The position numbers and the translations under genes are program-made. The notes below the pieces were generated by a model. That model ran no database searches. It saw only the letters and a list, made by a program, of their open reading frames with translations, and was not told where the DNA came from. This document shows, one piece after another, positions 50,538 to 61,600 of a stretch of 64,000 bases of DNA (positions within the stretch are counted from its first letter, which is position 1; each line of letters begins with the position of its first letter). Source of the DNA: an uncultured Gammaproteobacteria bacterium. Lineage in GTDB: Bacteria > Patescibacteriota > Patescibacteriia > Magasanikbacterales > GWA2-37-8. Where the stretch lies: the NCBI GenBank assembly GCA_964496095.1, contig CAZBWU010000002.1, positions 15,595-79,594 of the forward strand, given 5' to 3'.

Positions 50538-51773
50538 CTATGCCATTCCCCTATCTCTCATCGCCTGCGCAATTCTCTCTACTGCGAGCGCGTAGGCGCC
50601 AGTACGCATATCACTACTATACTTTTCTTTTCTTGACCAAACTTCACCGAACGATTCAACCATAATTTTTTCCAATTTTTCCAAAATATCTTTTTCTTCC
50701 CAATAATAACCGTAGGCATTTTGCACTTGTTCAAAATAACTAACTGCTACTCCACCAGCATTGGCCAAAATATCAGGCACAACGATAGCGCCAATACGTG
50801 ACAAAATCTCATCCCCTTCGGCGGTAATAGGACCATTGGCAAGTTCAATAACTAATTGCGCTTTTATTTTATCCGCGTTTTCCAGGGTGACACTATTTTC
50901 CAGAGCAGCTAAAATCAAAATATCAACTTCTTGCGATAAGATATCGTCTTCAATATTTTTCGCTTCTGCAAAATTTACAACTGACCCAGTTTTTTCTTTA
51001 TGTTGAAATAATTTTTCTATATCAAGCCCATCGGCATTATAAATTCCACCATGAGAATCACTGACTGCCACCACATTATAACCATTTTCAGCTACAATTT
51101 TGGCCATCGTGGCGCCGGCATTGCCAAAACCTTGTACGGCCACACGTAAATCTTTTAATTTTATTTTTTTAACTGCTTGTTGTAAAACATAAAAACCACC
51201 TTGAGCCGTAGAGTATCCTCGCGCTTTGGAACCACCAATACTAAGAGGTTTACCAGTTATAACTCCTGGCGCGCCACCACCAGTTAATTTTTCATATTCA
51301 TCCAGCATCCAACCCATAATTTTTGGATCAGTATATACATCTGGCGCTGGCACATCCACTGTCGGCCCAATTAACTTATAGATGCCTTGAATATAACCAC
51401 GAGATAATTTTTCTAATTCATGAGCAGATAATTCTTTTGGATTAACAATAACACCACCCTTACCACCACCTAACGGAATACCGACTACGGCAGTTTTGAG
51501 CGCCATCCACATACTCAGCGCTTTTACTTCTGACTCATTTACCTGGGGATGAAAGCGAATACCGCCCTTGTACGGACCACGAGAATTATTAAACTGAGAA
51601 CGAAAACCTTTAAAAACTTTGAGTGAACCATTGTCCATTTTTACAGGAATAGAAACTTCCAAAAACTTTTGCGGAGATTTTAGCTGTTCAAAAATATTAT
51701 CCTCCAAATTAATTAACTTTTTGACTTTTTCTAACTGTTTTTGAGCGCCGATAAAGGGGTCATTGTTTTGCAT
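50538..51773 (-). CDS. gdhA: Glu/Leu/Phe/Val dehydrogenase
   Basis: GPYKGGIRFHP, GGGKGG, DVPAPD, QGFGNAG, ELANGP. Confidence 0.93.
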   Translation of the reverse strand: MQNNDPFIGAQKQLEKVKKLINLEDNIFEQLKSPQKFLEVSIPVKMDNGSLKVFKGFRSQFNNSRGPYKGGIRFHPQVNESEVKALSMWMALKTAVVGIPLGGGKGGVIVNPKELSAHELEKLSRGYIQGIYKLIGPTVDVPAPDVYTDPKIMGWMLDEYEKLTGGGAPGVITGKPLSIGGSKARGYSTAQGGFYVLQQAVKKIKLKDLRVAVQGFGNAGATMAKIVAENGYNVVAVSDSHGGIYNADGLDIEKLFQHKEKTGSVVNFAEAKNIEDDILSQEVDILILAALENSVTLENADKIKAQLVIELANGPITAEGDEILSRIGAIVVPDILANAGGVAVSYFEQVQNAYGYYWEEKDILEKLEKIMVESFGEVWSRKEKYSSDMRTGAYALAVERIAQAMRDRGMA

Positions 51774-51857
51774 AATAGTAATACTATTTACTTAATTTAT
51801 TTATTATAAAAAACACTTATTTAATACTACCACCAATTCCAAAATTGTCCACCTTAC

Positions 51858-53099
51858 TTACTTTTTCCCCAAATACTTCCTATCTTTTAATTGTGGCGGG
51901 AGATATTCTTGTTCTTCTTTATAATCAAATTCCGGTGAATATTTATAATCTTTGCCATAACCAATTTCCTTCATAAACTTGGTCGGGGCATTACGCAAAT
52001 GCAAAGGTACACCCAAATGAGAGGTAGCTTTGGCATCTCGAGCGGCTTCATTATAGGCCCTATAGAGCAAATTAGACTTAGTTGACTTGGCGCAATAAAC
52101 CACCGCTTGCGCCAAATGCACCGAGCATTCCGGCATACCTATATTATGACAGGCGTTAAAAGCGGCGCTAGCCTGTATCAAAGCTTCGCTATTGGCCATA
52201 CCAATATCTTCACTAGCAAATCGCAACACTCGACGAGCAACATAAAGAGGATCAGCGCCACCCTCAAGCATTCGTGCCAACCAATACAAAGATGCGTCCG
52301 CGTCCGATCCGCGCATAGATTTATGCAAAGCGGAAATTAAGTTATAAAATTCTTCGCCGTTTTTATCAAACACCAAATGTGTGCGCTGGAGGGCTTCTTT
52401 AATATCATCTGACGAAATAATTATTTCTTTACTGCTACCTGATTTTGATTTAAAAGCCAACTCCAAACCATTGAGTGCGGTTCTCGCATCTCCCCCGGCC
52501 AACTCTGCGAGTAGTTCAATTGCTTTTTTATCTATTTTAATATTAAATTTTCCCAATCCCTTGTTTTTGTCTTTGAGAGCATTTTTTATAATTGTCGCAA
52601 TATCGCTTGACTCTAAATACTTGAGAATAAAAACGCGCGACCGAGAAAGCAAGGCGCCAATTACTTCAAACGAAGGATTTTCAGTGGTAGCGCCAATAAG
52701 CACCACTGCGCCTTTTTCTACTACCGGCAACAAGGCATCCTGCTGGACTTTGCTCCAACGGTGGATTTCATCTATAAATAAAATTGTGCGTTGCTGTTTG
52801 CTTTCCAAAATTTCTTTTGCTTCTTTTATTATTCGCATCAATTCTTCTTTACCGCTAGAGACAGCTGACAGTAAAACAAAGTTTGATTTTGTTTGCGTAG
52901 CGACAATCTGAGCAAGGGTTGTTTTGCCCACTCCAGGCGGACCCCAAAAAATCAGCGAAGTAAGCTGATCATTTTCTATTAACTTACGAAGTAGTTTCCC
53001 CTGCCCAACAATTTCTACCTGACCGACAAATTCATCAAAGATTTGTGGTCGCATTCTTTCAGCTAAGGGCGCCACCGACTTGTCTATTTCTTTAAACAT
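51858..53099 (-). CDS. rarA: Replication-associated recombination protein A
   Basis: PLAERMRP, GPPGVGKTT, FIDEIHR, GATTENP, HKSMRGSD. Confidence 0.96.
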   Translation of the reverse strand: MFKEIDKSVAPLAERMRPQIFDEFVGQVEIVGQGKLLRKLIENDQLTSLIFWGPPGVGKTTLAQIVATQTKSNFVLLSAVSSGKEELMRIIKEAKEILESKQQRTILFIDEIHRWSKVQQDALLPVVEKGAVVLIGATTENPSFEVIGALLSRSRVFILKYLESSDIATIIKNALKDKNKGLGKFNIKIDKKAIELLAELAGGDARTALNGLELAFKSKSGSSKEIIISSDDIKEALQRTHLVFDKNGEEFYNLISALHKSMRGSDADASLYWLARMLEGGADPLYVARRVLRFASEDIGMANSEALIQASAAFNACHNIGMPECSVHLAQAVVYCAKSTKSNLLYRAYNEAARDAKATSHLGVPLHLRNAPTKFMKEIGYGKDYKYSPEFDYKEEQEYLPPQLKDRKYLGKK

Positions 53100-54195
53100 A
53101 ATCACGTATTTTATTCACTAACCAGTCTTTCAATCGACGATGCCAGCCAATTTTATTATTTAGACCCAACTCTGACAGAGGCACTGCTTCTTTTTTTAAT
53201 TCATCAAAAATTTTATTAAGGTCTTCTACCATTTTTTTATCTGAAAAAACTACGCCCGCTTCATGATTAATATAAAAACTACGCGGAGTGAGATTGGCGC
53301 TACCAACCATACCAAGCTTGCCATCCACTGTCACCGCCTTACCATGATTCATTTTTCTCAAAAAATAAAAAACCGCTCCCGCTTTAGCGGAAATACTAAA
53401 AAACATAGAAGCCATATAACGCATCAGGCGCTCATCTGTTCGCCATGGCGTGATAATATTTATTTTTACTCCTCGGGCATGTGCCTTGGCTATCAAATCC
53501 AAAAAACTCTTATCAGGCACATAGTAGGGTGTCAATAAATTAAAGCTTTCTTTAGCAGTACTAAGCGCATCTTTATAAAATTTCTTAAATGGCGACTTGC
53601 GAGTTGACCCTAAAGGTGAATGCAAAATTAGTTTTATTTTCTCCTTAAAGCTACTAATTTTAGCAACCAACTTTGGCCTTAGTAAATCTTGCACATCTCT
53701 TTTATCGCCTCCAGCTCGCACATAAGCTCTGCCAAAGGCAAACAAAATAGGCACCACTGTTTTGCCAGTCAAACGTAAATGTAAATCATGCCAACTGGCT
53801 GAGTCTTGGGCCACATTGACACCACCGATAAACAGTATATCTTTATCAATAATTAAAACTTTGCGATGAGTACGATGCCAAACTCGACGCCACCAACCAT
53901 ATATAGAAAAACCCGGACGAAGATGATTAAAAATCAAAAGCTTAATTCCCGCATTTCGCATTTGAGCAATAGCTTCTTTGGATAAATCATAACTACCAAA
54001 GCCATCCACAATAATTTTAACATCTAATCCTGTCTGCGCTTTGGCGCACAACAAATCTATAAAAGGCTTACCGGCCTCGTCATCTACAAACATAAAAATC
54101 TCCCAATAGATTGAGCTTTTGGCCTCCAAAATAGCCTGTCGCATTCCTGCCCAAGCCAAAACAGTGCTATTGTAAAATTTATAGCTAAAAGACAT
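53092..54195 (-). CDS. Cardiolipin synthase-like phospholipase D (ClsB type)
   Basis: Two HKD motifs, HRKVLIID and HGKAVTVD. Confidence 0.9.
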   Translation of the reverse strand: MSFSYKFYNSTVLAWAGMRQAILEAKSSIYWEIFMFVDDEAGKPFIDLLCAKAQTGLDVKIIVDGFGSYDLSKEAIAQMRNAGIKLLIFNHLRPGFSIYGWWRRVWHRTHRKVLIIDKDILFIGGVNVAQDSASWHDLHLRLTGKTVVPILFAFGRAYVRAGGDKRDVQDLLRPKLVAKISSFKEKIKLILHSPLGSTRKSPFKKFYKDALSTAKESFNLLTPYYVPDKSFLDLIAKAHARGVKINIITPWRTDERLMRYMASMFFSISAKAGAVFYFLRKMNHGKAVTVDGKLGMVGSANLTPRSFYINHEAGVVFSDKKMVEDLNKIFDELKKEAVPLSELGLNNKIGWHRRLKDWLVNKIRDYV

Positions 54196-54227
54196 ATACT
54201 TAAATATACTCTGCCCAAGAAGAAATA

Positions 54228-55271
54228 TCAACCCAAATTATGCAGAAAATCCATCACTATTTTTTCCACATCATCGGCGGTTTTTGCGCCTTCCATCAGC
54301 CTAACCCGAAGTTCTTTAGCTCCGTCAAATCCATTGACATAAGCCTTATAATGTTTTTTCATGATATCAAAATTTTTATAGTCTCCCAGGACTTTTTCAA
54401 ACAAATGTGTATGCTCTACCATCACCATAAGTTTCTCCTCAACACTCGGCGTTGTCATCCTGAACGGAGTGAAGGATCCCTTAAACTCAGACGATAGGGA
54501 TTCTTCATTTCTCTCAGAATGACAACCGGAAAAAAGCCAGGGATTACCGAAAATCCCTCGACCAATCATCACGCCGTCTGCGCCGGTTTGTTTTACTCTT
54601 TCTTCAGCCTCGGATAAATTTTTGACATCACCATTCCCTAAAATCAAAGTCCTACTTTCTGAACTATCATATTTATTTCTAATCTCAACAGCATCTTTGA
54701 CAGTTTCCCAATTGGCAGGAACTTTGGACATCTCTTTGCGCGTACGAGCGTGCACAGTAATTGCAGCTGGTTCAGTTTCCAACAAGTACGGCAACCACTC
54801 AGACAAAGTATTTTTGTTATAACCGATTCTAGTTTTGACTGACACTGGCAAATTACCCGCTCCACGTTTAGTTTCTTTGATAATCTCTTGAGCTAACAAT
54901 GGGTGCTTTATCAGGCACGCTCCCCCGCCCTGTTTTTCTACATTTCTGTCAGGACAGCCCATATTAATATCAATTCCATCAAAACCAAGTTCTTGAATGA
55001 GCAATGCTGTTTTATAAAAATTCTCAGGATTGGAACCAAAAATCTGCGCCACAATTGGACGCTCTGCTTCGCTATACATAAAATCTATCAGAAGTTTGTC
55101 TCGGCCAGCTGAGACCAACCCATCACAAGCTACAAATTCGGTCCACATGACGTCTGGTTTACCGTATTTGGCAATTACACGTCGAAAAGCAGCGTCCGTG
55201 ACATTAGCCATCGGCGCCAAAACAAAAATTGGCTTTTTTAGTTTTTGCCAAAAGCCTGTGTGCATATGCAT
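54228..55271 (-). CDS. dus: tRNA-dihydrouridine synthase with an in-frame repeat-derived insertion
   Basis: LAPMANVTD, DINMGCP, HART, GNGD, MIGRG-FGNPW. Confidence 0.95.
   Translation of the reverse strand: MHMHTGFWQKLKKPIFVLAPMANVTDAAFRRVIAKYGKPDVMWTEFVACDGLVSAGRDKLLIDFMYSEAERPIVAQIFGSNPENFYKTALLIQELGFDGIDINMGCPDRNVEKQGGGACLIKHPLLAQEIIKETKRGAGNLPVSVKTRIGYNKNTLSEWLPYLLETEPAAITVHARTRKEMSKVPANWETVKDAVEIRNKYDSSESRTLILGNGDVKNLSEAEERVKQTGADGVMIGRGIFGNPWLFSGCHSERNEESLSSEFKGSFTPFRMTTPSVEEKLMVMVEHTHLFEKVLGDYKNFDIMKKHYKAYVNGFDGAKELRVRLMEGAKTADDVEKIVMDFLHNLG
54453..54524. repeat. TGTCA...TGACA element, copy 8 (72 nt, in frame in dus)
   Basis: tgtcatcctgaacggagtgaaggatccct...agggattcttcatttctctcagaatgaca. 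Confidence 0.92.
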
Positions 55272-55273
55272 AA

Positions 55274-56293
55274 TTAACCCCCAGCTAAATCCTGGATTTC
55301 CTTCATCATTATATTAAAATAAAAATCAGTTGGGTCGATCTTGAGTGCTGTTTCACATGCACTAATAGCCTCTGTATAACGTCCTAAATTTTTGTATGCT
55401 TTTGCAAGACCATCATGAATTGCAGTGTTTCTTGGAGCTTTTTCTAGTGCTATTTGAAGAATCTCTATAGCTTCTTTATATTTACCTCTATTAACAAGGC
55501 CGCATCCAGTACTAATCATAGTCTCTAGCTCTAATTCAAACTCAGGAGGAAATACAGTCATTGTCGAATCCTGCCAATACTCTTTATTAATAAAAAAAGT
55601 CATGCCTTCATTGTTGGGATTGCTTGCAAAAGCAACTATATCTGCGGGGGTAATATCTTCACCATTTTCTTTTTTTCCACTAATCTTTTCTGCATCTAAC
55701 TCCTCATTTTCTAAATGGTCTCTTTCTTTTCCATCTTGCATGTCTTGCCATAACACCCTGCCATCACTGGTGATAACGATTAAAAGAAGGTGATGCCCAA
55801 TGGCACCAGCTAAGTACTGTACACCTACTTCATGAAGCAACTTGCCACCAAGAACCGAAGCACCGACGCAATTCATTTCTTTCTTATCTAAGATGTTGGC
55901 CACATGACAGGTGCTGCTTTCGTAATCATAATCACTTATCCTTTGTTGAAAAAGATGCGCAATCTCTTCTTCTTTTTTACCTAAAGCAACCAAATCGCCT
56001 GCTTCTCTTAACGATTCGAGTTTTGATTTTAATTCCGACAGATTTAACGTATCAATTAGTTTCATTTTACTGTCTCTATGATCTGACAGTTGATCAAGAA
56101 GATTATTTACACCTGCACAAAATACAGTGTTATAAATAACCAACTTTTCTCTAGGCGAAGAATTTGGATCAATATGTTGATCTTGACTTGCGCAACCATT
56201 TATCCTGCACCAATCAAGCAAGCTAGAATTTACTATCGATTCATGAGATTCACCTCGTCCATAATCCAATATTCCGTTAGAGCCAGATTCCAT
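55274..56293 (-). CDS. Transglutaminase-like core plus C-terminal TPR protein
   Basis: MNCVGAS...HHLLL...WQD Cys-His-Asp spacing; TPR-like YKEAIEILQIALE / YTEAISACETALKIDP. Confidence 0.7.
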   Translation of the reverse strand: MESGSNGILDYGRGESHESIVNSSLLDWCRINGCASQDQHIDPNSSPREKLVIYNTVFCAGVNNLLDQLSDHRDSKMKLIDTLNLSELKSKLESLREAGDLVALGKKEEEIAHLFQQRISDYDYESSTCHVANILDKKEMNCVGASVLGGKLLHEVGVQYLAGAIGHHLLLIVITSDGRVLWQDMQDGKERDHLENEELDAEKISGKKENGEDITPADIVAFASNPNNEGMTFFINKEYWQDSTMTVFPPEFELELETMISTGCGLVNRGKYKEAIEILQIALEKAPRNTAIHDGLAKAYKNLGRYTEAISACETALKIDPTDFYFNIMMKEIQDLAGG

Positions 56294-56351
56294 AATTTAT
56301 GGATCAAAATTATAAAATATATAAACTTATAATTCCTTGCGAAATTATTAG

Positions 56352-56423
56352 TAGCCCCAACGGGAATCGCACCCGTCTTTCGACCTTGAGAAGGTCACGT
56401 CCTAACTGATAGACGATGGGGCC
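56352..56423 (-). tRNA. tRNA-Glu (CTC)
   Basis: Acceptor stem GGCCCCA/TGGGGCT, anticodon loop TTCTCAA, T arm GGTGCGATTCC; CCA not encoded. Confidence 0.92.
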
Positions 56424-56505
56424 GTATTTAATAACAATAAAATATCAAATTTTAAATCAAAAATCAAATCTTAAAAAAATAATTGCAATACAAATTCACA
56501 GTGTA

Positions 56506-56552
56506 AGGGATTCCTCCACTCAGTCGCAAAAGCTCCTTCGGTCGGAATGACA
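56506..56552. repeat. Solo right arm of the TGTCA...TGACA element, copy 9
   Basis: agggattcctcc...ggtcggaatgaca. Confidence 0.75.
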
Positions 56553-56570
56553 ACCCCTACTTTCTACTCC

Positions 56571-58376
56571 TTACATCCCTCTCGCTTTTTTCTTTGCTTC
56601 ATTCACATCCAAAACCATTTTTCTAATACGGATATTTTTTGGAGTAATTTCTACGAGTTCATCATCACTAATATATTCCAAAGCATCTTCTAGACCCATA
56701 GCTTTTGGCGCTTTAAAATACTCACTCACACCATCGCCTTTAGAACGCATGTTAGAAAGTGCTTTTTCTTTACAGACATTAACACTAATATCTTCACTAC
56801 GTGCATTTTGTCCAACCACCTGGCCTTTATAAACGCTAACAGCCGGGCCAATAAACAAAACACCGCGGTCTTGGATATTAAGAAGACCATAAAGATTACT
56901 AACGCCTGTTTCGTGTGCCACCAACGACCCCTGCTCGCGTTCGCGCCAGTTGGCTGGGTCTGGCATATAATCATGGAAGATTGTATTGATAATACCCAGA
57001 CCTCTAGTGTCAGTCAAAAACTCAGTGCGATAACCAAACAAACCACGAGTTGGGATAATAAATTCCAAGAACACAATACCATTTTCGGTACGCATTTCTC
57101 GCAGTTCACCATGACGACTACCGAGCTTTTGGATAACTACTCCGGAATGAGCTTCTGGAACTTCGATAAACACCTGTTCATAAGGAGTCATTTTTTTACC
57201 ATCGACTTCTTTGATAATTACTTGCGGACGAGAAACTTGGAACTCATATCCTTCGCGACGCAAGCGTTCAATCAAAATTGCTAAGTGCAATTCACCGCGA
57301 CCGGAAATAATCCAATTACCATCAGTGCTGTCTGCGACTTTGAGCGCCATATCTGTCTCAAGCTCCTTGAACAAGCGGTCACGAATCTGCCGAGAAGTTG
57401 TATAATCCCCTTCTTTACCGGCAAATGGAGAATTATTAACACTAAAAGTCATTTTCACTGTTGGCTCTTCGATATGCAGGAGAGGTAAGGCCACCGGGCT
57501 CATCACATCAGCCACAGTCTCACCAATATTCATTTCTGAAATACCAGCAATGGCTACCACATCTCCAGCAAAAGCTTCTTGAACTTCGATTCTTTCCAAA
57601 CCAAAGAATGTCATCAACGCCATCACACGACATTTTTTCATCTGACCTTCACGGTTAATATGCATCACATCTTGTCCAGTCTTAATAGTACCATTGTAAA
57701 TTCTACCAGTAGCAATTCTGCCTTTGAAACTATCTGCATTAATTGTTGTAATCAAAATTTGTAATGGCGCAGTTGGATCTACTTTTGGTTCAGGAATAAA
57801 TTTCAAAATTGTTTCAAAAATAGGAGTGATGCTATCCATTTTTTCTAGGTCTGGTTGCAAGTCAGCTTTGCCTTGTTTGGCAGAAGCATAAATAACTGGA
57901 AATTCCGCCGTCTCGTCACTAGCACCAAGTTCTACAAACAAATCAAAGGTTTTGTCGAGCACCCAGTTTGGTCTAGCCCCTGGTTTATCAATTTTATTGA
58001 TAACCACAATAATCTTATGACCCATCTGTAAAGCTTTTTTAAGTACAAATCTGGTTTGAGGCATTGGCCCTTCTTTGGCGTCAACAAGCAACAAGCAACC
58101 GTCAGCAAGTTTTAAAACACGTTCTACTTCCCCGCCAAAATCAGCATGACCTGGAGTATCAATAATGTTAATCTTTGTGTCTTCCCATTGCACCGAAGCA
58201 TTCTTAGAAAAAATTGTAATTCCGCGTTCACGTTCCAAATCATTACTATCCATAATTGCCTCTTGACTTACCATTTCTTTGGAAAGTTTGGTCTTAGATT
58301 GACGAAGCAAAGCATCCACTAAAGTGGTTTTTCCATGGTCAACGTGGGCGATAATGGCGACATTGCGGATATTCAT
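56571..58376 (-). CDS. typA: Translational GTPase TypA/BipA
   Basis: IAHVDHGKTTLVD, DTPGHADFGGEVER, SGRGELHL, ELVEITP. Confidence 0.98.
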   Translation of the reverse strand: MNIRNVAIIAHVDHGKTTLVDALLRQSKTKLSKEMVSQEAIMDSNDLERERGITIFSKNASVQWEDTKINIIDTPGHADFGGEVERVLKLADGCLLLVDAKEGPMPQTRFVLKKALQMGHKIIVVINKIDKPGARPNWVLDKTFDLFVELGASDETAEFPVIYASAKQGKADLQPDLEKMDSITPIFETILKFIPEPKVDPTAPLQILITTINADSFKGRIATGRIYNGTIKTGQDVMHINREGQMKKCRVMALMTFFGLERIEVQEAFAGDVVAIAGISEMNIGETVADVMSPVALPLLHIEEPTVKMTFSVNNSPFAGKEGDYTTSRQIRDRLFKELETDMALKVADSTDGNWIISGRGELHLAILIERLRREGYEFQVSRPQVIIKEVDGKKMTPYEQVFIEVPEAHSGVVIQKLGSRHGELREMRTENGIVFLEFIIPTRGLFGYRTEFLTDTRGLGIINTIFHDYMPDPANWREREQGSLVAHETGVSNLYGLLNIQDRGVLFIGPAVSVYKGQVVGQNARSEDISVNVCKEKALSNMRSKGDGVSEYFKAPKAMGLEDALEYISDDELVEITPKNIRIRKMVLDVNEAKKKARGM

Positions 58377-58395
58377 ACTTAATTGTTATTTTTGT

Positions 58396-58485
58396 TGTCA
58401 TCTTGAGCGAAGTCGAAAGATCCCTTATACTAAGCTATTTAAAATTCTTGGTTTAAGGGATTCCTACACTACGGTCGGAATGACA
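58396..58485. repeat. TGTCA...TGACA element, copy 10 (in the typA 5' UTR)
   Basis: tgtcatcttgagcgaagtcgaaagatccctta...taagggattcctacactacggtcggaatgaca. Confidence 0.9.
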
Positions 58486-58554
58486 AGTACATTGCCATCC
58501 TTTGACAAAAGTTATAATTTAAAAATCTGCCGAGCCGTGGCAGAAAGCACTGAA

Positions 58555-58583
58555 ACTATACTACAAAAAAATCTATCTGTCAA
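58555..58583 (-). promoter_or_regulatory. Sigma70 promoter of typA
   Basis: TTGACA-17nt-TATAGT. Confidence 0.7.
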
Positions 58584-58612
58584 TGGAAAGGCTCTTATTT
58601 TAAGCCAAAAAC

Positions 58613-58639
58613 CAAAACCCGCCTCTTCGGCGGGTTTTG
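58613..58639 (-). terminator. Intrinsic terminator after the S-layer-like gene
   Basis: caaaacccgcc-tcttc-ggcgggttttg. Confidence 0.8.
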
Positions 58640-58675
58640 TAACTATAGGATAAATTCTTTAGAGCATCAAATCAA

Positions 58676-61600
58676 TTAAGATTTAGATACGGTCTTTGAA
58701 TTTGCATCCCAGTTTTGTAGCAAGAAACTGTTCATCCACTCAACTGAAGTGAAGGCGTCAGTATCTGCACCATTATCAGACCAAACAAATGCATTTATCG
58801 TATCTACAACAGTTGCATTGTTACCTGATCTTACAACACCACCAGACAATGCTGAGGCATCTTGAACAAACTTAACACTTACACTATCACTGGTTTCAAC
58901 ACCGGTGAAATCAGCACGAACTTCGAAGATCTTAGTTGTGCCTTTAGCGATAGTTGGTAAAGTTGAACTGGTCAAATTAATTGGATATGCAGCAGTAGTT
59001 GAAACTGTGAGAACACCTGAAGTGCCGATCACAGTAGATGGCGCTGTCATATCATACAATTTTACAGTTCCAGCAGTGATCCTCAACTCATTACCACCAT
59101 CAGAATCACCGAAAGTGATATATGGAGTAATGCGAGCCAGAGTCACATCTTCATTAGCATCGGCAGTCACCGAGAATTTGAAGATAGTCACAGTATCAGA
59201 TGCCAAAACAGTACTTGGCAAAGCTAACACACTGACAGTAGGAGCTGATTTTACAACTTGATAAGAGTTGCTAACAGCAGCATCTGCAACAATGTCTACA
59301 TAACCTGACCCACCTTGAGCGTTAAAGTCTCCACTAACAGCGGACAAAGCAAAGGTCAAGGTATCTCCAGTATCAGAACCAATACCGGCAGTAGCGTCAG
59401 TAGCTGTAGAACGCTCACCGATGGCGTTCAACATAGCTTTTACGATCACCGTAGTACCGGAAATAGGAACTTGAATACTCAAGCCACTAAATGTAGTTGT
59501 GCCATTGGCATCAAGACTAGCAGGCTCAGACAAAGCAGTAACTCCGTCTGCGGCGTACAATCTCAAATATTGAACATTGTCGTACGTAGTATTAGCGCTA
59601 CTAACACCTACAGCCAATTTATCAACTGTAAATGCTTCTTTAGTAGCAGTTAATTTAATACGATGCACTTCTTGCTCAGTAGCCAAACCAGCAATCAACA
59701 CTTTTGCTAATGGTTTACCAGTATCAGCGGCAGTAGTAATTGTACCCTGACCTGTAATGGTAATAGCTACAGATGGAGCAGTTGTTCCATTGAGATTATT
59801 GCCAGTGACGGTTGGAACAAAAGTTGCTCCTGTTCCGTCTTCAGCAGTCACATCAGCAGCAGCAAAGGTGAAAGCAAAACGATCATCGTCCCCACCGTAA
59901 GGTGCATTACCAGACACGGTTGCACGAGCGATTACAGTTTTACTGGTCCCGGCTGGAACATTGTAATAACCTCCAACAAATTTGCTGGAATTAAATACCA
60001 CATTACCAGAAGTATCCACTGAAGCTGGTCCAGCAATCTTGGTGTTGCCAACATACAAATTCACTTCAGTAACTAATTCGTTGGCGTCCACTGTACCTTC
60101 TGTTGTGTCTACATAAGTACCATCAGTAGTACCTACATTATCAACATAGACGTTCAATGTTAAAGCAGTTAATTTAACATCGTTGCCTGTACCAGAACCA
60201 GCGGCAAAAATCATTCCTAAAGCATCTACTGTAGAACCCTTCACAACTGTGCGGGATTCAGGAGTAGTAGCCCGAGAAACAGTCAAAGCACTGGAACGAG
60301 TGGTAATAGGATTACTGGCGATAGTGCTCCTTGGCACAATGTCAGTAACGGCCACATCCTTTGAATCTTTAATGACAAATTTAGTTGCGTCAGTAAAATC
60401 AAAGGTTGCGGTGTAAACTACACCGGAAATTTGAGCGGAATTTATATCGGCTACTAAGGCGATATTTCTGGTTGCGCCTTTAGCAATAGTGAAGTATTCG
60501 GTATAGACAAAGGTCAAAGTATCCTCTTCGGATTCAGTGCCAGCCCAACCATCGGCATCAGTGACAGCTTTAGCAGAACCAACAGTTCTACCAGTATCTA
60601 AATCTTTCAACTTCAAATTGCGAAGTAAAAGTGTAGAAGTGCCAGTGTAGTTCTGACCAACACCGGTCTTGAACATACCCCAATCATAGCCACCAGAAGC
60701 AGCTACTTCGTCTGGGTTAACTGTCACAGTCATCTTCTGAATTTCCACAGTGTCGGATTTGGCAGTAATTGCTACTTTGCCTAATTCAACTTCAGTACTA
60801 TCAGTTTTTACATCATGAGCAGCTAAACTCTTGTTGGCAATAGTTACACCACCACCAAGTAAAGTATAATCTTGCTCTAATGAAGCATAGTTGTTAGTAA
60901 CACTAACGCCATAACCATATGATACACCAACAGCTTTAACATCGTTGGTTGAGTCCATATAGAAATCAACTGTATCTCCAGAATCGGCTAAGGCTGAAAC
61001 ATCAGCTTTAACAGTGAAGATTTTGTTGGCGCCATTTAAAATTCTCAAAGGAGAATTTAAAGTAAATGCTACCAAACGACCACTAACTGTTGCGACAGCA
61101 GGAACTGAATTAGTGCCTTGAGTCACAACAAAATTAGACAAGTGACTGGTATCAATGGTACCACCTTGTTTTAAGGTGAAACTATAAACATCGATGTCTT
61201 CTGAGCCAGCAGTTAATTTAAACTGGGCAACAGAAGCGCCAGAATCGCCAACAACCGCAGCACTCAAAGTGCCATTGTCGTCAACAGTAACTGAACCAGC
61301 AGTCTGTGAACCAATAGTAAATGTATTACCAACCAATGGCATAGAACCACCAGCGTTACCAGAAGCCAATTTGGCAGAGATAACGGAGAAAGCACTATCA
61401 CCAACGGAACCGGCAGTTGTCGCCAAGCGCAAAGATAACGCTTTGGTTGTACCAGCTTTAACAGTCAAATTTAATGCACTAAACACCGCTTCGTTAGTAT
61501 CAGAGGCAAAAGTCTTGCCAGTGCCAACGCGATTGGCGCCATCATACAAAGTGACGGTCAAACCAGTCACTGCACCAACGCCAACTCTCTTGATGACAAG

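Noticed and set aside
55274-56423. tRNA-anchored genomic island or prophage
   Set aside because: No integrase, duplicated tRNA 3' end or phage genes were found.
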